From NCBI GenBank assembly GCA_039091735.1, contig JAWCLB010000003.1, positions 1,295 through 62,426 of the forward strand: DNA of 61,132 nucleotides. Reading direction: 5' to 3'. Below the pieces are notes generated by a model. That model saw nothing but the letters and a program-made list of their open reading frames with translations. It did no database searches and had not been told where the DNA came from. The translations under genes and the position numbers were made by a program. This document shows positions 19,661 through 29,579 of this stretch, one piece after another. Every line of letters starts with the position of its first letter. Position 1 is the stretch's first letter. The stretch comes from Candidatus Aenigmatarchaeota archaeon. GTDB lineage: Archaea; Aenigmatarchaeota; Aenigmatarchaeia; GW2011-AR5; JAHLMP01.

Positions 19661-21199
19661 TTATACTCTTTTCCACAAATCGTCTTCAATCCTCTTTCCT
19701 TCTCTCTTTTCCCATTCGCTTATGGGAATAGAATGCCTTCTTCTTATCTCCTCTCCAACACCCAAGCCATTATAGGCGCAGAAAGGAACAATCCCTTCAA
19801 AGGTTGCATAGTGAATCACGCACATCTTTAGTCTCTCAATGTTTATGTTCCACGGATCCTGAAACCACATCGAACCTATGTAAAGGGACTTATAATGAAA
19901 TTGTCTTAGCTCGTTGTACGTGCCTCCTATAATTGCCTTTATCAATATCTTTTTCAAATCAATTGGCGACTTTTCTTTGTCTATAAACTTGTCGATATTT
20001 CTTATGAAAGACAAAGCTATTCTGGGCTTTGTAAGCAAACCTCTAGTTTTTGATTGTTCTTTAATAAAAGTCATCAATCCTTCTACATCGACAAACCTTG
20101 TTATTGGTATTATTTTAGAATCTGAAATGAAAACATAAGTTGCGGCGCCACACATAGGGTTGGCTGTGAACTCAACCTGTTCCTTTCCTTTTAATACCTC
20201 GGCCAATTTTGATATAGGGTATACAAATGGCACAGGATAAAAATCGTCTTTCTTTATTTGGCCGTCCAATCCGTCTTCCAACACACCAAAAAGTTCAGCA
20301 TAGTCTACCCCTTCTTTTTCTATTATCTCTTCGGTTATATTCTGAAGCCTTCCACAAAATGAAACTGGTTGAAAGTTAACACCCCTTACAACGTCTATGT
20401 TCTCAACAGCATATTTAATTATCTCTGGCATCTCATGAAGATTTCTTTTCATGACAACGGGAACAAGCACAACACTTGAGAAGCCTATTTTCCTTAGATT
20501 GTCGATGGCCTTTTTATTTTCATTAATCCATGGGTTTGTATCTTCAGAGACACCATCAAAACTCATGTAAACAGTATTTACTCCTGCTCCAATTATTTTT
20601 TTGCAGTATTCCAAGGATTCTGACATTTTTATTGAGTTGGTATTTAGCTGGATATGGGTAAATCCCAATTCCTTTGAGATCTTTATAATATCAACCAAGT
20701 CATCTCTGATTGTTGGTTCTCCTCCTGTTATCTGAATGGCCTTTGATGGTACTGGCTTCTCATCTCTGGCCTGTCTCAGAATTTTTCTTATATCATCTAA
20801 ACTTGGTTCATAAACATATCCAGCAGCGCCTGCATTCATAAAGCAATAAGGACATCTAAGATTGCATCTATTGGTTACCAATAGGTTGGTCAAGACGGAT
20901 TGAGAGCAATGTTCCGGATAAAGCTTTTCTTTAGAATATGGTGTTGAATCAACACCCTTTGTTTCATTTTTAATCGATTTATATGTAGGCCCCTTTCCGA
21001 TTACCTTGTATTTCATCCATTTATAATATAATTTAGCGTCACTGAAAACAATAGACTTAAAATCGCCATGCTCAATGCATTTTTTCTTAAGCCATATTTT
21101 GTTATCTTCCTCAACAATATGTGCTTTTATTTTATGAATTCTGCCTTCTTTGAAGCATTTTGGACAAATGCTTTCCGTGTCTTCCAAAATCTTTTCCAT
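19661..21199 (-). CDS. Radical SAM enzyme with N-terminal zinc/iron-ribbon; tetraether lipid synthase (Tes/GDGT-MAS)-like architecture
   Basis: 512 aa. CX3CX2C motif NRCNLRCPYCF, followed by ITGGEPT. N-terminal CPKC...KKCIEHGDF, and a long C-terminal domain. The radical SAM call is firm. The Tes-like assignment is from memory of COG1964-type proteins. Confidence 0.7.
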   Translation of the reverse strand: MEKILEDTESICPKCFKEGRIHKIKAHIVEEDNKIWLKKKCIEHGDFKSIVFSDAKLYYKWMKYKVIGKGPTYKSIKNETKGVDSTPYSKEKLYPEHCSQSVLTNLLVTNRCNLRCPYCFMNAGAAGYVYEPSLDDIRKILRQARDEKPVPSKAIQITGGEPTIRDDLVDIIKISKELGFTHIQLNTNSIKMSESLEYCKKIIGAGVNTVYMSFDGVSEDTNPWINENKKAIDNLRKIGFSSVVLVPVVMKRNLHEMPEIIKYAVENIDVVRGVNFQPVSFCGRLQNITEEIIEKEGVDYAELFGVLEDGLDGQIKKDDFYPVPFVYPISKLAEVLKGKEQVEFTANPMCGAATYVFISDSKIIPITRFVDVEGLMTFIKEQSKTRGLLTKPRIALSFIRNIDKFIDKEKSPIDLKKILIKAIIGGTYNELRQFHYKSLYIGSMWFQDPWNINIERLKMCVIHYATFEGIVPFCAYNGLGVGEEIRRRHSIPISEWEKREGKRIEDDLWKRV

Positions 21200-21253
21200 A
21201 AACTTTTAATAGTTTTTAAAAGTTTAAAAAGTTTACATCATGATTTATTTATA

Positions 21254-21709
21254 ATGATCTCAAAAACAGAAAAGAGAATATATTCATTGTTTGCAAACAT
21301 AACATCTTCCATAGGATATTCTGACATCCATGGTAGGATAATAGCTCTGATGTTGGCTGAAAGGAAACCTTTATCCTTGCAGGAGTTGAGTAGAAAAACA
21401 AACTACTCTCTTGGGTCTATTTCGCTCTCATTAGACTTATTAGAATTTTTTGGGCTTATAAAAAAGTTCAAGAGGTTCGGTGATAGAAAGGTGTATGTAA
21501 AGCTTGATGGTGACCTATTGTCAGCTCTCAGAAACGCTGTCTTGCTAAAGGTCGAAAAAAATATAACTGAAGCCCTTAATGAATTTGAGAAATACAAAAA
21601 AATAAAAGATAGAAAGACTGTAAAAACAATAAGTGTATTGGAAAAAGAAATAAGGAGGCTTGAAAAATACATCAAAGAATTATCAAAGGTTAAGATACCA
21701 AAAAGATAG
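21254..21709 (+). CDS. Winged-helix transcriptional regulator (GbsR/MarR-like)
   Basis: ORF-track entry 21068-21709 trimmed to Met63 (MISKTEKRIYSLF...). wHTH core GRIIALMLAERKPLSLQELSRKTNYSLGSISLSLDLLEFFGLIKK. Divergent from the radical SAM gene. Confidence 0.6.
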   Translation: MISKTEKRIYSLFANITSSIGYSDIHGRIIALMLAERKPLSLQELSRKTNYSLGSISLSLDLLEFFGLIKKFKRFGDRKVYVKLDGDLLSALRNAVLLKVEKNITEALNEFEKYKKIKDRKTVKTISVLEKEIRRLEKYIKELSKVKIPKR

Positions 21710-21833
21710 AAAGTATTTTGCAAAATATAGAGCGATTGCCCTTCGCCGCATTAATTATTCTTTCATAGATGCTTTTCTCGAGCAACAATATTAACTATTT
21801 AAATCAGCACACAATATTTTATTTGTGGTTAAA

Positions 21834-22604
21834 ATGAATGAGATAAATTATCTTGAAACCCCAAAGCTAAAAAACCCTATACTTATAGAGGGGTTACCGG
21901 GCATAGGAAATGTGGGTCGTATTTCCGCTGGCTATATGATTGAACAACTCAAAGCAAAAAAGTTTGCAGAATTATATTCAGATGAGTTTCTTCCGTTTGT
22001 GGTTTTGCAGAAAAACGGCCTTGCCAAACTGCTTAAATCTGAATTCTATTATTACAAAGGCAAGCAAGACCTTATTATCTTGGTTGGAGACTCGCAGGCA
22101 ATTACACCACAAGGATACTACAAACTTTGTAACACTATTCTGGATTTGGCAGAAAAATTTAAAGTAAATGAGATAATAACACTTGGTGGTTTAGGCACAG
22201 ACAAACTTTCAAAAACGCCAAGAATTGTTGGTGCTGTAAATGATGAAAGATTAATAAAAAAATACAAAGACTTTGGAATTATATTTGATGGTACACTTGT
22301 CGGCACAATTGTAGGTGTTTCGGGATTATTAATAGGAATGTCAAAGACACGAAACATTGATGCAATTTGCCTATTGGTAGAAACCTCAGGATTCCCCGTA
22401 GTGGTTGCAGACCCTATCGGGGCTGAGGCTATTTTGAAAATGCTCATGAAAATCCTTGATCTTAAGATTGATTTGACGATGCTGGAAAGGGATGCAAAAG
22501 AGTTAGAGAAAAAAATCATAAAAACAGAGGAGATTCACAAGAAGATGATAAGTAGGCTAATGGCAATGGAAAAGGGCGAAGAAGAGGTTGGTTACATTAG
22601 ATAG
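21834..22604 (+). CDS. PAC2-family (proteasome assembly chaperone-like) protein
   Basis: LIEGLPGIGNVGRISAGYMIEQL near the N-terminus and a size of about 256 aa. GTG at 21825 is an alternative start. Confidence 0.7.
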   Translation: MNEINYLETPKLKNPILIEGLPGIGNVGRISAGYMIEQLKAKKFAELYSDEFLPFVVLQKNGLAKLLKSEFYYYKGKQDLIILVGDSQAITPQGYYKLCNTILDLAEKFKVNEIITLGGLGTDKLSKTPRIVGAVNDERLIKKYKDFGIIFDGTLVGTIVGVSGLLIGMSKTRNIDAICLLVETSGFPVVVADPIGAEAILKMLMKILDLKIDLTMLERDAKELEKKIIKTEEIHKKMISRLMAMEKGEEEVGYIR

Positions 22605-22605
22605 C

Positions 22606-22878
22606 CTACCAAAACATTATCCATACGATTTCTCTTACAATATTCATAAAGAATATTAGAGCCACAACCCAATATGTAATCAAATAATATCCTCTCGATT
22701 CCTTTTTTTCCTTTGGATAATGGTAAACAGACCCAAGAAATAAAAAGAAGACCGAAACATTAAATAAAATTTCTGTGGTATCTACCTTGCTTGTATAAAT
22801 CATCAAGTAAATATATCCAATAAAGCAAATTATAAAGATTATTGCTGGTAGATAAACTGCTGAAACACCTGCAGACAT
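22606..22878 (-). CDS. Small membrane protein, hypothetical
   Basis: 90 aa with three hydrophobic segments. Confidence 0.4.
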   Translation of the reverse strand: MSAGVSAVYLPAIIFIICFIGYIYLMIYTSKVDTTEILFNVSVFFLFLGSVYHYPKEKKESRGYYLITYWVVALIFFMNIVREIVWIMFW

Positions 22879-23018
22879 AAATATACTTATTTTTTCTTTT
22901 ATATAAAAATATTTTGATGGCTTTTAATAAATCTGATTAAAAAGCTTCTGAAGACTTTGAATTTCCTGATAATTTTGCTAAAAAATAAATTTATAAATCT
23001 TTTTTCAGTCTGATAATT

Positions 23019-23396
23019 ATGGAAACTATTTATGTGCACAAACATGAATGGGAACCTGATGAAATTGCGAAGGAATGGATAAAAAAGGCAAAAGAAACCT
23101 TGAAAAATAACCTCAAGATGGAGATAGTGAAGTCAATAAATTTAGATTTGCCAGGCGCAGAAATCTATTACCTAGAACCAAAAATAAGAGAAATGGCTCG
23201 TGCTTCTGGAAAATATGTTCCAAGCGTGCAAGTATATATCAATGACCCTCAAGACTTTGAAAACTTAGCAAAAACGCTTAAAAGAGAGATAATGAGAGGT
23301 GATATCACAGAGCCAGAATATTTTGATGATGGAGAAATAAGGTATATAAATAAGAGTGGTATATTCAGGGAAATTGCTAAGTCTATTGCTTGGTAG
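23019..23396 (+). CDS. Hypothetical protein
   Basis: 125-aa ORF in an otherwise empty interval. No motif recognised. Confidence 0.45.
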   Translation: METIYVHKHEWEPDEIAKEWIKKAKETLKNNLKMEIVKSINLDLPGAEIYYLEPKIREMARASGKYVPSVQVYINDPQDFENLAKTLKREIMRGDITEPEYFDDGEIRYINKSGIFREIAKSIAW

Positions 23397-23641
23397 TGAT
23401 TCATAAGAAATCTAAAATTTCATAGACCTTAAAACCCAAAAATATGAATTGTCTTAAATTTTTGATTTGTTGCAAAGCAGATGGTTGGTAGTTTGTATCT
23501 TCATTAACTAAGTAGCAAACCATAAAAAAGTCTTAAAGCAAATTGAATATACTACAAGGCATCACATTGACATATATTCTAAAGTTGAATACAAATCTAG
23601 GAGTATCGATTATAAAAAGAAATATCTTGAGACATAAATAC

Positions 23642-24520
23642 TCATATAGTTGTGATAATTGGATTATCTCTTACTATTACAGTATGTTCAAATTGGGAGA
23701 TTTTGCATCCTTCAGTATCAAACAAAACAGGGTATTTATGAATTATGTCTTTTATCTCCAACTCTTTCAAAGCTAATCTGAATCTTATATCAGTAAAATG
23801 GAACCATCTCTTTGCAAATGGTAATCCGTTTCTTTTGAGGCCAAGATCTATTATCCTTCTTGCATCAGGGCTCCTCACTAATTGTGGGTTGACTAAAGAA
23901 AAAATCATAATCTCGTCAGACTCCTTAACAAAACCAGAGCCAGTAGTTGCAAATGGTTCAATCGCAATTACTTGATCCTCTTTCAATTCATAATTTGAAT
24001 CTATTTTAGTATTAGGTATTTGCGGGTCTGCATGCAAATCATATCGGTCCAATCCGTGGCCTGTGAGATTAGTTATTGGTCTAAAACCATATTTTTTTAT
24101 TGTCTCTTCTATAACACCTCCTATCTCGCCTATATTTATGCCTGGTCTTATTATCTTTATTGCTTCGTCTAATGCCTCTTTGCTCGCCTTTAATAGCTCT
24201 TCGTTCCCTCCCAATGATATTGTTGTTGCTGTATCACCTATGTAGCCGTCTATGTGAACACCGATATCTATCTTAACAACATCGTTTTCCTTAAAAATAT
24301 TTTTATCATCCTTATTTGGCGTAAAATGGGCAGCGATGTTGTTGACAGAAATATTTACTGGAAACGCTATCTCAGCATTCAGCTCTTTTATTCTATTCTC
24401 AATCCATTCTGCCAGCTCAAAAAATTTGGCGCCAACTTTTACATGATCTTTGCACTCATCTCTTATCTGTGCTGCTATTTTTCCTGCCTTCAAATATTTA
24501 TCCAAAACCTCTTGTTCCAT
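23642..24520 (-). CDS. map: Methionine aminopeptidase, type 2
   Basis: 292 aa. AFPVNISVNNIAAHFTP, DIGVHIDGYIGDTA, GHGL..Y.LH, and the archaeal-type C-terminal insertion. Confidence 0.9.
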   Translation of the reverse strand: MEQEVLDKYLKAGKIAAQIRDECKDHVKVGAKFFELAEWIENRIKELNAEIAFPVNISVNNIAAHFTPNKDDKNIFKENDVVKIDIGVHIDGYIGDTATTISLGGNEELLKASKEALDEAIKIIRPGINIGEIGGVIEETIKKYGFRPITNLTGHGLDRYDLHADPQIPNTKIDSNYELKEDQVIAIEPFATTGSGFVKESDEIMIFSLVNPQLVRSPDARRIIDLGLKRNGLPFAKRWFHFTDIRFRLALKELEIKDIIHKYPVLFDTEGCKISQFEHTVIVRDNPIITTI

Positions 24521-24572
24521 CTTTTTTTACTATTCCTCTAAATTTTAATATCTTTGGATTTATTTTCTATAT

Positions 24573-24698
24573 ATGGCAACCAAAAAACAAATCAGAAAAG
24601 TTAGAGAGATGACACTTCTTGAGCAGGGTTTCATACCAAAACAAAGCAAGCTTGGAACAGAATTCAAGGGAAAAAATAGAATAATAATTGGAAGGTGA
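24573..24698 (+). CDS. Possible 41-aa basic small protein
   Basis: My own translation: MATKKQIRKVREMTLLEQGFIPKQSKLGTEFKGKNRIIIGR. It fills the gap between map and the HTH gene. Below the ORF-track size cutoff and unverified. Confidence 0.25.
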   Translation: MATKKQIRKVREMTLLEQGFIPKQSKLGTEFKGKNRIIIGR

Positions 24699-24977
24699 TT
24701 ATCTTATTATCAGCCTTTTACATAACATGCAAATCTCGTTTTCAAAATTGCTCCCATTAATGACATTCTTGCATAGCTCTCTAATAGCTGTCTTAGTCTC
24801 ATAATCGATTATTTCCTTGCCTCTCAGCCTTCTTATGTACTGTGATATAGCACCTTGGGTAACGCCAAGTATCCTTGCAGTCTCTGCTTGACTAAGATTA
24901 TAGCTACTCACAAGCTCCTTTGCTATCATCGCTCTTATTGATGGCATTCTTTTCGCAAATCTTTCACAAGCTAACAT
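24699..24977 (-). CDS. Small HTH transcriptional regulator (COG2522-like)
   Basis: 92 aa. HTH LSQAETARILGVTQGAISQYIRRLRG. Lies 16 nt downstream of the PP-loop gene. Confidence 0.65.
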   Translation of the reverse strand: MLACERFAKRMPSIRAMIAKELVSSYNLSQAETARILGVTQGAISQYIRRLRGKEIIDYETKTAIRELCKNVINGSNFENEICMLCKRLIIR

Positions 24978-24993
24978 ATCTATTATTACATTG

Positions 24994-25983
24994 TTATAAA
25001 TCTTTTATTCTTATTTTTTCTATCTCTTTTTCAGAAAGCGGAGAAGCAGTAATTATTCTTTCATTATATTTTACTTCAACGCATTTTCCTTTGGCATCAG
25101 AATATCTAATGGTCAATCCTGCAGCCTTTTTTATAGCCTCCCTTGTTTTTAAACCTCGCAAAATTGTTATTGGACTTCCACATCCAGGAACAACAAACAC
25201 ATAATCTGTTCTCCTTTTTAACCTAATCAAAGATTCGTTCTCTTCACGATTTCTACCAACAATAATCTTGCTTTCTTTAAATCTGAAATGCCTTCCTATT
25301 TTTAGAATTTCTATATCTTCTGGTGTAATTCTTTTTTCATGCTCGAATAGGTCTTTAAGTTTTGATGCAAATCCTTTATCACAAAGTATACAACCTCCAG
25401 CAGGCATTGGAAAATTTCTGAGTTTAAATCTTTTTGCCAAGTCCAGCTGTGGTTTTCTTCTCCTTCCGCTTATTGCAAGAAGCTTATTCGAATTAATCCA
25501 TCCCCTCTTCTCAGCTTCTGTCTTTGGCAATAATTTTGCAGAGAGTGGCCTCACAATTTTTCCAGATAATTTAGCCTCCTTTTCTATTAATTTCAGAGCC
25601 TGCATTGTCTGTGACATTGGCCTCTCATTCAGAACCTCTCCTGTAATGATAAATTTAGCACCAATCCTCTTTGCAAGCTGTTTGGCTTTTTTTAACATAA
25701 ATATCCTGCAGTCAATGCAGGGATTCATACCAGAACCATAACCAAATTTTGGCTTTCTTATAAGTTTGATGTATTCCTGAAACAATCTGCCGTTTGTTAA
25801 ATCATATATGTGAAGTGGTATTGCTTCTGTCTGTGCAAACTTAAAGGCACAGTCAGGCAAACAGCATCCTTCAAACGGTGTTTTGAAGTGCAGTGCCTCT
25901 ATATCTATCTCTGACATCAATTTTATTGCCAATCTGCTATCTAAACCTCCTGAAAGTAGTGCTAATGCCTTTATCCCTTTCAT
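24994..25983 (-). CDS. PP-loop ATP pyrophosphatase, ThiI-like tRNA sulfurtransferase domain protein
   Basis: 329 aa. PP-loop LALLSGGLDS, CIDCRIFMLKKAKQLAKRIGAKFIITGEVL..RPMSQT. Confidence 0.6.
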   Translation of the reverse strand: MKGIKALALLSGGLDSRLAIKLMSEIDIEALHFKTPFEGCCLPDCAFKFAQTEAIPLHIYDLTNGRLFQEYIKLIRKPKFGYGSGMNPCIDCRIFMLKKAKQLAKRIGAKFIITGEVLNERPMSQTMQALKLIEKEAKLSGKIVRPLSAKLLPKTEAEKRGWINSNKLLAISGRRRKPQLDLAKRFKLRNFPMPAGGCILCDKGFASKLKDLFEHEKRITPEDIEILKIGRHFRFKESKIIVGRNREENESLIRLKRRTDYVFVVPGCGSPITILRGLKTREAIKKAAGLTIRYSDAKGKCVEVKYNERIITASPLSEKEIEKIRIKDL

Positions 25984-26098
25984 CTATTTATCTATCTTAT
26001 GCAAACTTAAAATCTCTTTCAACAAAAAAGTATATTGAGTATTAGATTATTTTATTATCGAAATGGATATGCAGACAATTCTTTGTTAATAATAAAAA

Positions 26099-27106
26099 TC
26101 ATCTCAGCCATGCACTCAAGGATGACTGAGCAGGCAACTCCAATTTTTCTATAACCTGGTCAATTCTTTTCTCAGAAAAGTCATGCTCGTCGCACAATAT
26201 CCTTTTAATTCTCTCTGGGTCAACATGCTTAAACCTTATCTCATATTTGTTGTATGATGGATTCTTAAAAAACTCATAGATTTCCTTAGGATCTATATCA
26301 AAGCTCCACTCCACATGCTTTAGCACATTTTCGAGTGTTTTATGCTTTTTCACAATAGCTAATGCCTTTTTTGGTCCAAACCCCTTTACTCCACCTAGAT
26401 TATAGTCAGTTCCAACCAATATTCCAACTATTATAAGCTGCTCTCTAGTGATTTCCAGCCTGCTTAGGGCTTCGTCAAGCTCGATGATTTCAGGCAATAT
26501 TCTAATCTCCCTTCCTCTTATCTTTCTCTTGCCTGTTATGTTAAGGTTTCTTATCAGCCTTGGTGAACCAAACAAAAGCGAGTCAGCATCCTGACTTGCT
26601 GACGAATAAACATCCTTATTCTTGCACATTATTGCACATTGTGCTTCACCCTCGCTTTTTGCCTGAACAATTGGCACTCCCATACCATCTAAAAGCTCTT
26701 TGCTCTCTCTTATCATCTCGTCTGTCAATTCTGCTGTTCTCTGTGCCTGTTTTTTTGCCTCTACTATATCACCCCTTTCAAGCGCCTCCTCCCATTTCTC
26801 TCTTGCTATGTCTTTTGCCTCTCTCCTCTTCTTTATTGCCTCTACCTTGAATTTTGGCTGTTCCCCATCAAAAACATATACTGGCCTAATCCCATATTCT
26901 ATAAGCTTTGCTGTTCTATAAAACAATCCGGAAAGATGCGAAGTTATTCTTCCCTTTAAGTCTTTGAGGGGAGTGCCATCATATTGCCTTATAGATGAAA
27001 GGAATTGATAAAGCCAGTTAAATGCATCTATTGCTATTATCCTGCTATTTAAACTCTCCGGCTCTATACTCATGCCTTTTAATGATTCACCAAGCTGTAC
27101 TCCCAT
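26099..27106 (-). CDS. fen: Flap endonuclease 1
   Basis: 335 aa. MGVQLGE...IAIDAFNWLYQFLSSIRQYDGTPL, an H3TH region (GTDYN.GGVKGFGPKKA), and a C-terminal PIP-like SLSAWL. Confidence 0.92.
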   Translation of the reverse strand: MGVQLGESLKGMSIEPESLNSRIIAIDAFNWLYQFLSSIRQYDGTPLKDLKGRITSHLSGLFYRTAKLIEYGIRPVYVFDGEQPKFKVEAIKKRREAKDIAREKWEEALERGDIVEAKKQAQRTAELTDEMIRESKELLDGMGVPIVQAKSEGEAQCAIMCKNKDVYSSASQDADSLLFGSPRLIRNLNITGKRKIRGREIRILPEIIELDEALSRLEITREQLIIVGILVGTDYNLGGVKGFGPKKALAIVKKHKTLENVLKHVEWSFDIDPKEIYEFFKNPSYNKYEIRFKHVDPERIKRILCDEHDFSEKRIDQVIEKLELPAQSSLSAWLR

Positions 27107-27148
27107 CTAACATCTGATTTATATATATTTGTTGAAAAATAAATAAAC

Positions 27149-28870
27149 ATGGATTACGAGAAAATTGGACTAAAAATAGGGCTCGAGGTTCACCAACAAC
27201 TAAACACGAAAAAGCTATTTTGTAACTGCTCAACGCAGATGCTAGAACAAAACCTAAAATATGAGATTAGACGAAGGTTAAGACCTGTTGTTTCTGAATT
27301 GGGAAAGGTTGACAGAGCTGCATTATTTGAATTTTTCAGGAACCGAGAATTCATCTATCATGGCTATGAGAATGAGGCTTGTCTGGTTGATTTGGATGAA
27401 GAGCCACCTCACGAAATCAACAAAGAGGCATTGGATATAGCAATTGCCATAGCACTAAACCTTGGTTTGAATATACCAGACGAATTGTACATAATGCGCA
27501 AATTGGTCTTAGATGGCTCTGCTATCACAAGCTTCCAAAGGACAATACTAATTGGTTATGGTCCTGCAGATTTCAATGGTGTAAGAATAAAATCCTTATG
27601 TTTAGAAGAGGATGCAGCAAAAATAGAAAGTCAAAACAAAAATACGACAACGTATTCTCTCTCAAGATTAGGAGTTCCGCTTATAGAGGTTGGGACAGAG
27701 CCTGATATAAGAAGTCCAGAACAAGCAAAAATGATTGCAGAGGATTTAGGCTTATTGTTTCGCTCATTTAATGTAAAGCGTGGGATAGGAACAATCCGTC
27801 AGGATGTGAACATATCAATAGAGAAGGGTGCGCGGGTTGAGATAAAGGGGTGGCAGGATTTGAGGGCTCTACCAAAACTTATAGAAAATGAGGTTCTTAG
27901 ACAAATAAACCTTCTCAACATAAGAGATAAAATCAAGTCCATTGCAATAAAAGAGCCAGTAAATGTCTCAAAATTATTTGGCAAGAATGCATTTGCTCTT
28001 AGATTGCCTGAGTTTATGAAATATGCATCGATGGAATTGTGCAAAGGCAGAAGCTTTAAGACCGAACTGCTCGAATATGGTACTTTTTATGATTCTGAAA
28101 TTACTTCAAACAACAGCGAAATAAATAAATTAATAAAACCAGATAAGGATGAAATGGTTGTGGTTGCTCTTGGAGCAGATGCAGAGAAGGCTATTAATGC
28201 AATCTTTCAAAGGGCAAGATATTGCCTAATAGGAATTCCAGAAGAGACAAGGAAGCCAAACCAAGATGCAACCACATCTTATGCAAGGCCTTTGCCAGGC
28301 TCAGCAAGGATGTATCCTGAAACAGACCTCCTACCACTAAGAATCTCTAAGGTTATGCCCAAAATGCCAGAAACGATGTTAAGCAAGAGGAAAAAATTGG
28401 AGAAAATCTTGTCAAAAGATATTGCAAATCAGATTATTAAATCAAGATATTACCCATTGTTTGAAAAGATAGTTAATAGAAAAGAAAAAGACTCCAAATT
28501 CGTCTCATGCATTGGAGCCATGTTCACATCTGTTGTAAAAGACCTAAAGAGAAGGGGTATAGAAATAGAAAATATTAGTGATAACGATTACATAAAGATA
28601 TCAGAAGCCATTGAAAAAAATAGAATCTCAAAAAGAACAATCCCAAATATCTTAACCGAGGTCTCTAAAGGAAAGGATGTAAACTCTGTTATCAAGAAGT
28701 TTGAGCTTGTGGGTGAAGAGGAGTTGAAAAAAATAATTAAGGATGTAGTAAAGAAAAATAGGGATAAAGATATATCTGCACTCATGGGAATAATAATGAA
28801 TAAGATAGGTGGAAGGGCAGATGGCGAGCTTGTGATAAAAGAGTTAAAGAAGATGATGAAAGATGCATAA
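27149..28870 (+). CDS. gatE: Glu-tRNA(Gln) amidotransferase subunit E
   Basis: 573 aa. IGLEVHQQLNTKKLFCNC at the N-terminus, and a GatE-type insertion and tail domain. Confidence 0.85.
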   Translation: MDYEKIGLKIGLEVHQQLNTKKLFCNCSTQMLEQNLKYEIRRRLRPVVSELGKVDRAALFEFFRNREFIYHGYENEACLVDLDEEPPHEINKEALDIAIAIALNLGLNIPDELYIMRKLVLDGSAITSFQRTILIGYGPADFNGVRIKSLCLEEDAAKIESQNKNTTTYSLSRLGVPLIEVGTEPDIRSPEQAKMIAEDLGLLFRSFNVKRGIGTIRQDVNISIEKGARVEIKGWQDLRALPKLIENEVLRQINLLNIRDKIKSIAIKEPVNVSKLFGKNAFALRLPEFMKYASMELCKGRSFKTELLEYGTFYDSEITSNNSEINKLIKPDKDEMVVVALGADAEKAINAIFQRARYCLIGIPEETRKPNQDATTSYARPLPGSARMYPETDLLPLRISKVMPKMPETMLSKRKKLEKILSKDIANQIIKSRYYPLFEKIVNRKEKDSKFVSCIGAMFTSVVKDLKRRGIEIENISDNDYIKISEAIEKNRISKRTIPNILTEVSKGKDVNSVIKKFELVGEEELKKIIKDVVKKNRDKDISALMGIIMNKIGGRADGELVIKELKKMMKDA

Positions 28871-29345
28871 GTATTGGCTATGGACTAATAGAATGAAATG
28901 GGTTGGTAAAAGCCATAGTGGATGCACACTCTGCAAAATTGCAAAAGGTGAAAGTATCTCTAAGGTTTTGTTTAAGAATAAAAATATTATAGTCATAATG
29001 AATATCTTTCCCTACAATACTGGCCACCTTCAAGTTATGCCTATAAGGCATGTATCAACACTAGATGAACTGAGCGATGACGAAATCTTTGAATTATTTA
29101 GAATGGTCAAAAGGTGCGTAAGACTTATATCAAAGGTTCTGAAACCAGAAGGATTTAACATCGGGATGAATATTGGAGAATTCAGCGGAGCATCTATTGC
29201 TGACCATCTTCACATCCATATTGTTCCAAGGTACAAGACAGATTTTGGATTTATGGAAATCCTTGCAGAAACAAAGGTAATGCCTGAAAAGTTAGAAGAA
29301 ACATACAAAAGATTGATGAAACATGCCAAGATTTTAAGTGAATGA
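28863..29345 (+). CDS. HIT-family nucleotide hydrolase/transferase
   Basis: 160 aa. Histidine triad HLHIHIVPR. Overlaps gatE by 8 nt. Confidence 0.85.
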   Translation: MHKYWLWTNRMKWVGKSHSGCTLCKIAKGESISKVLFKNKNIIVIMNIFPYNTGHLQVMPIRHVSTLDELSDDEIFELFRMVKRCVRLISKVLKPEGFNIGMNIGEFSGASIADHLHIHIVPRYKTDFGFMEILAETKVMPEKLEETYKRLMKHAKILSE

Positions 29346-29366
29346 GGATGAAAAATTATTATAATA

Positions 29367-29469
29367 GGGTGTGGGATTAATGATATATAATGCATACGCT
29401 ATTAGAAAACCCAAAAAAAATTATGTTAATGAGGCTCTGGGTGTGTGATTAATGACATATAATGCATAC
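29367..29469. repeat. Two 31-nt direct repeats separated by 41 nt
   Basis: gggtgtgggattaatgatatataatgcatac (29367-29397) and gggtgtgtgattaatgacatataatgcatac (29439-29469), 29/31 identical. Intergenic, upstream of the sugar-kinase gene. Confidence 0.85.
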
Positions 29470-29579
29470 CTTCTCTCTGAAAAACACGTGTTGTGCATAA
29501 GCTCAGAATTACATAGAGGCATCGCTAAAAGCCTTTTGTTGATGGATATTACTACTTAATGTTTGTCTTGGGCGAGATT

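Noticed and set aside
21068-21253. Upstream 62 codons of ORF 21068-21709
   Set aside because: They overlap the 5' end of the radical SAM gene and encode Phe-rich nonsense. The wHTH domain starts after Met63.
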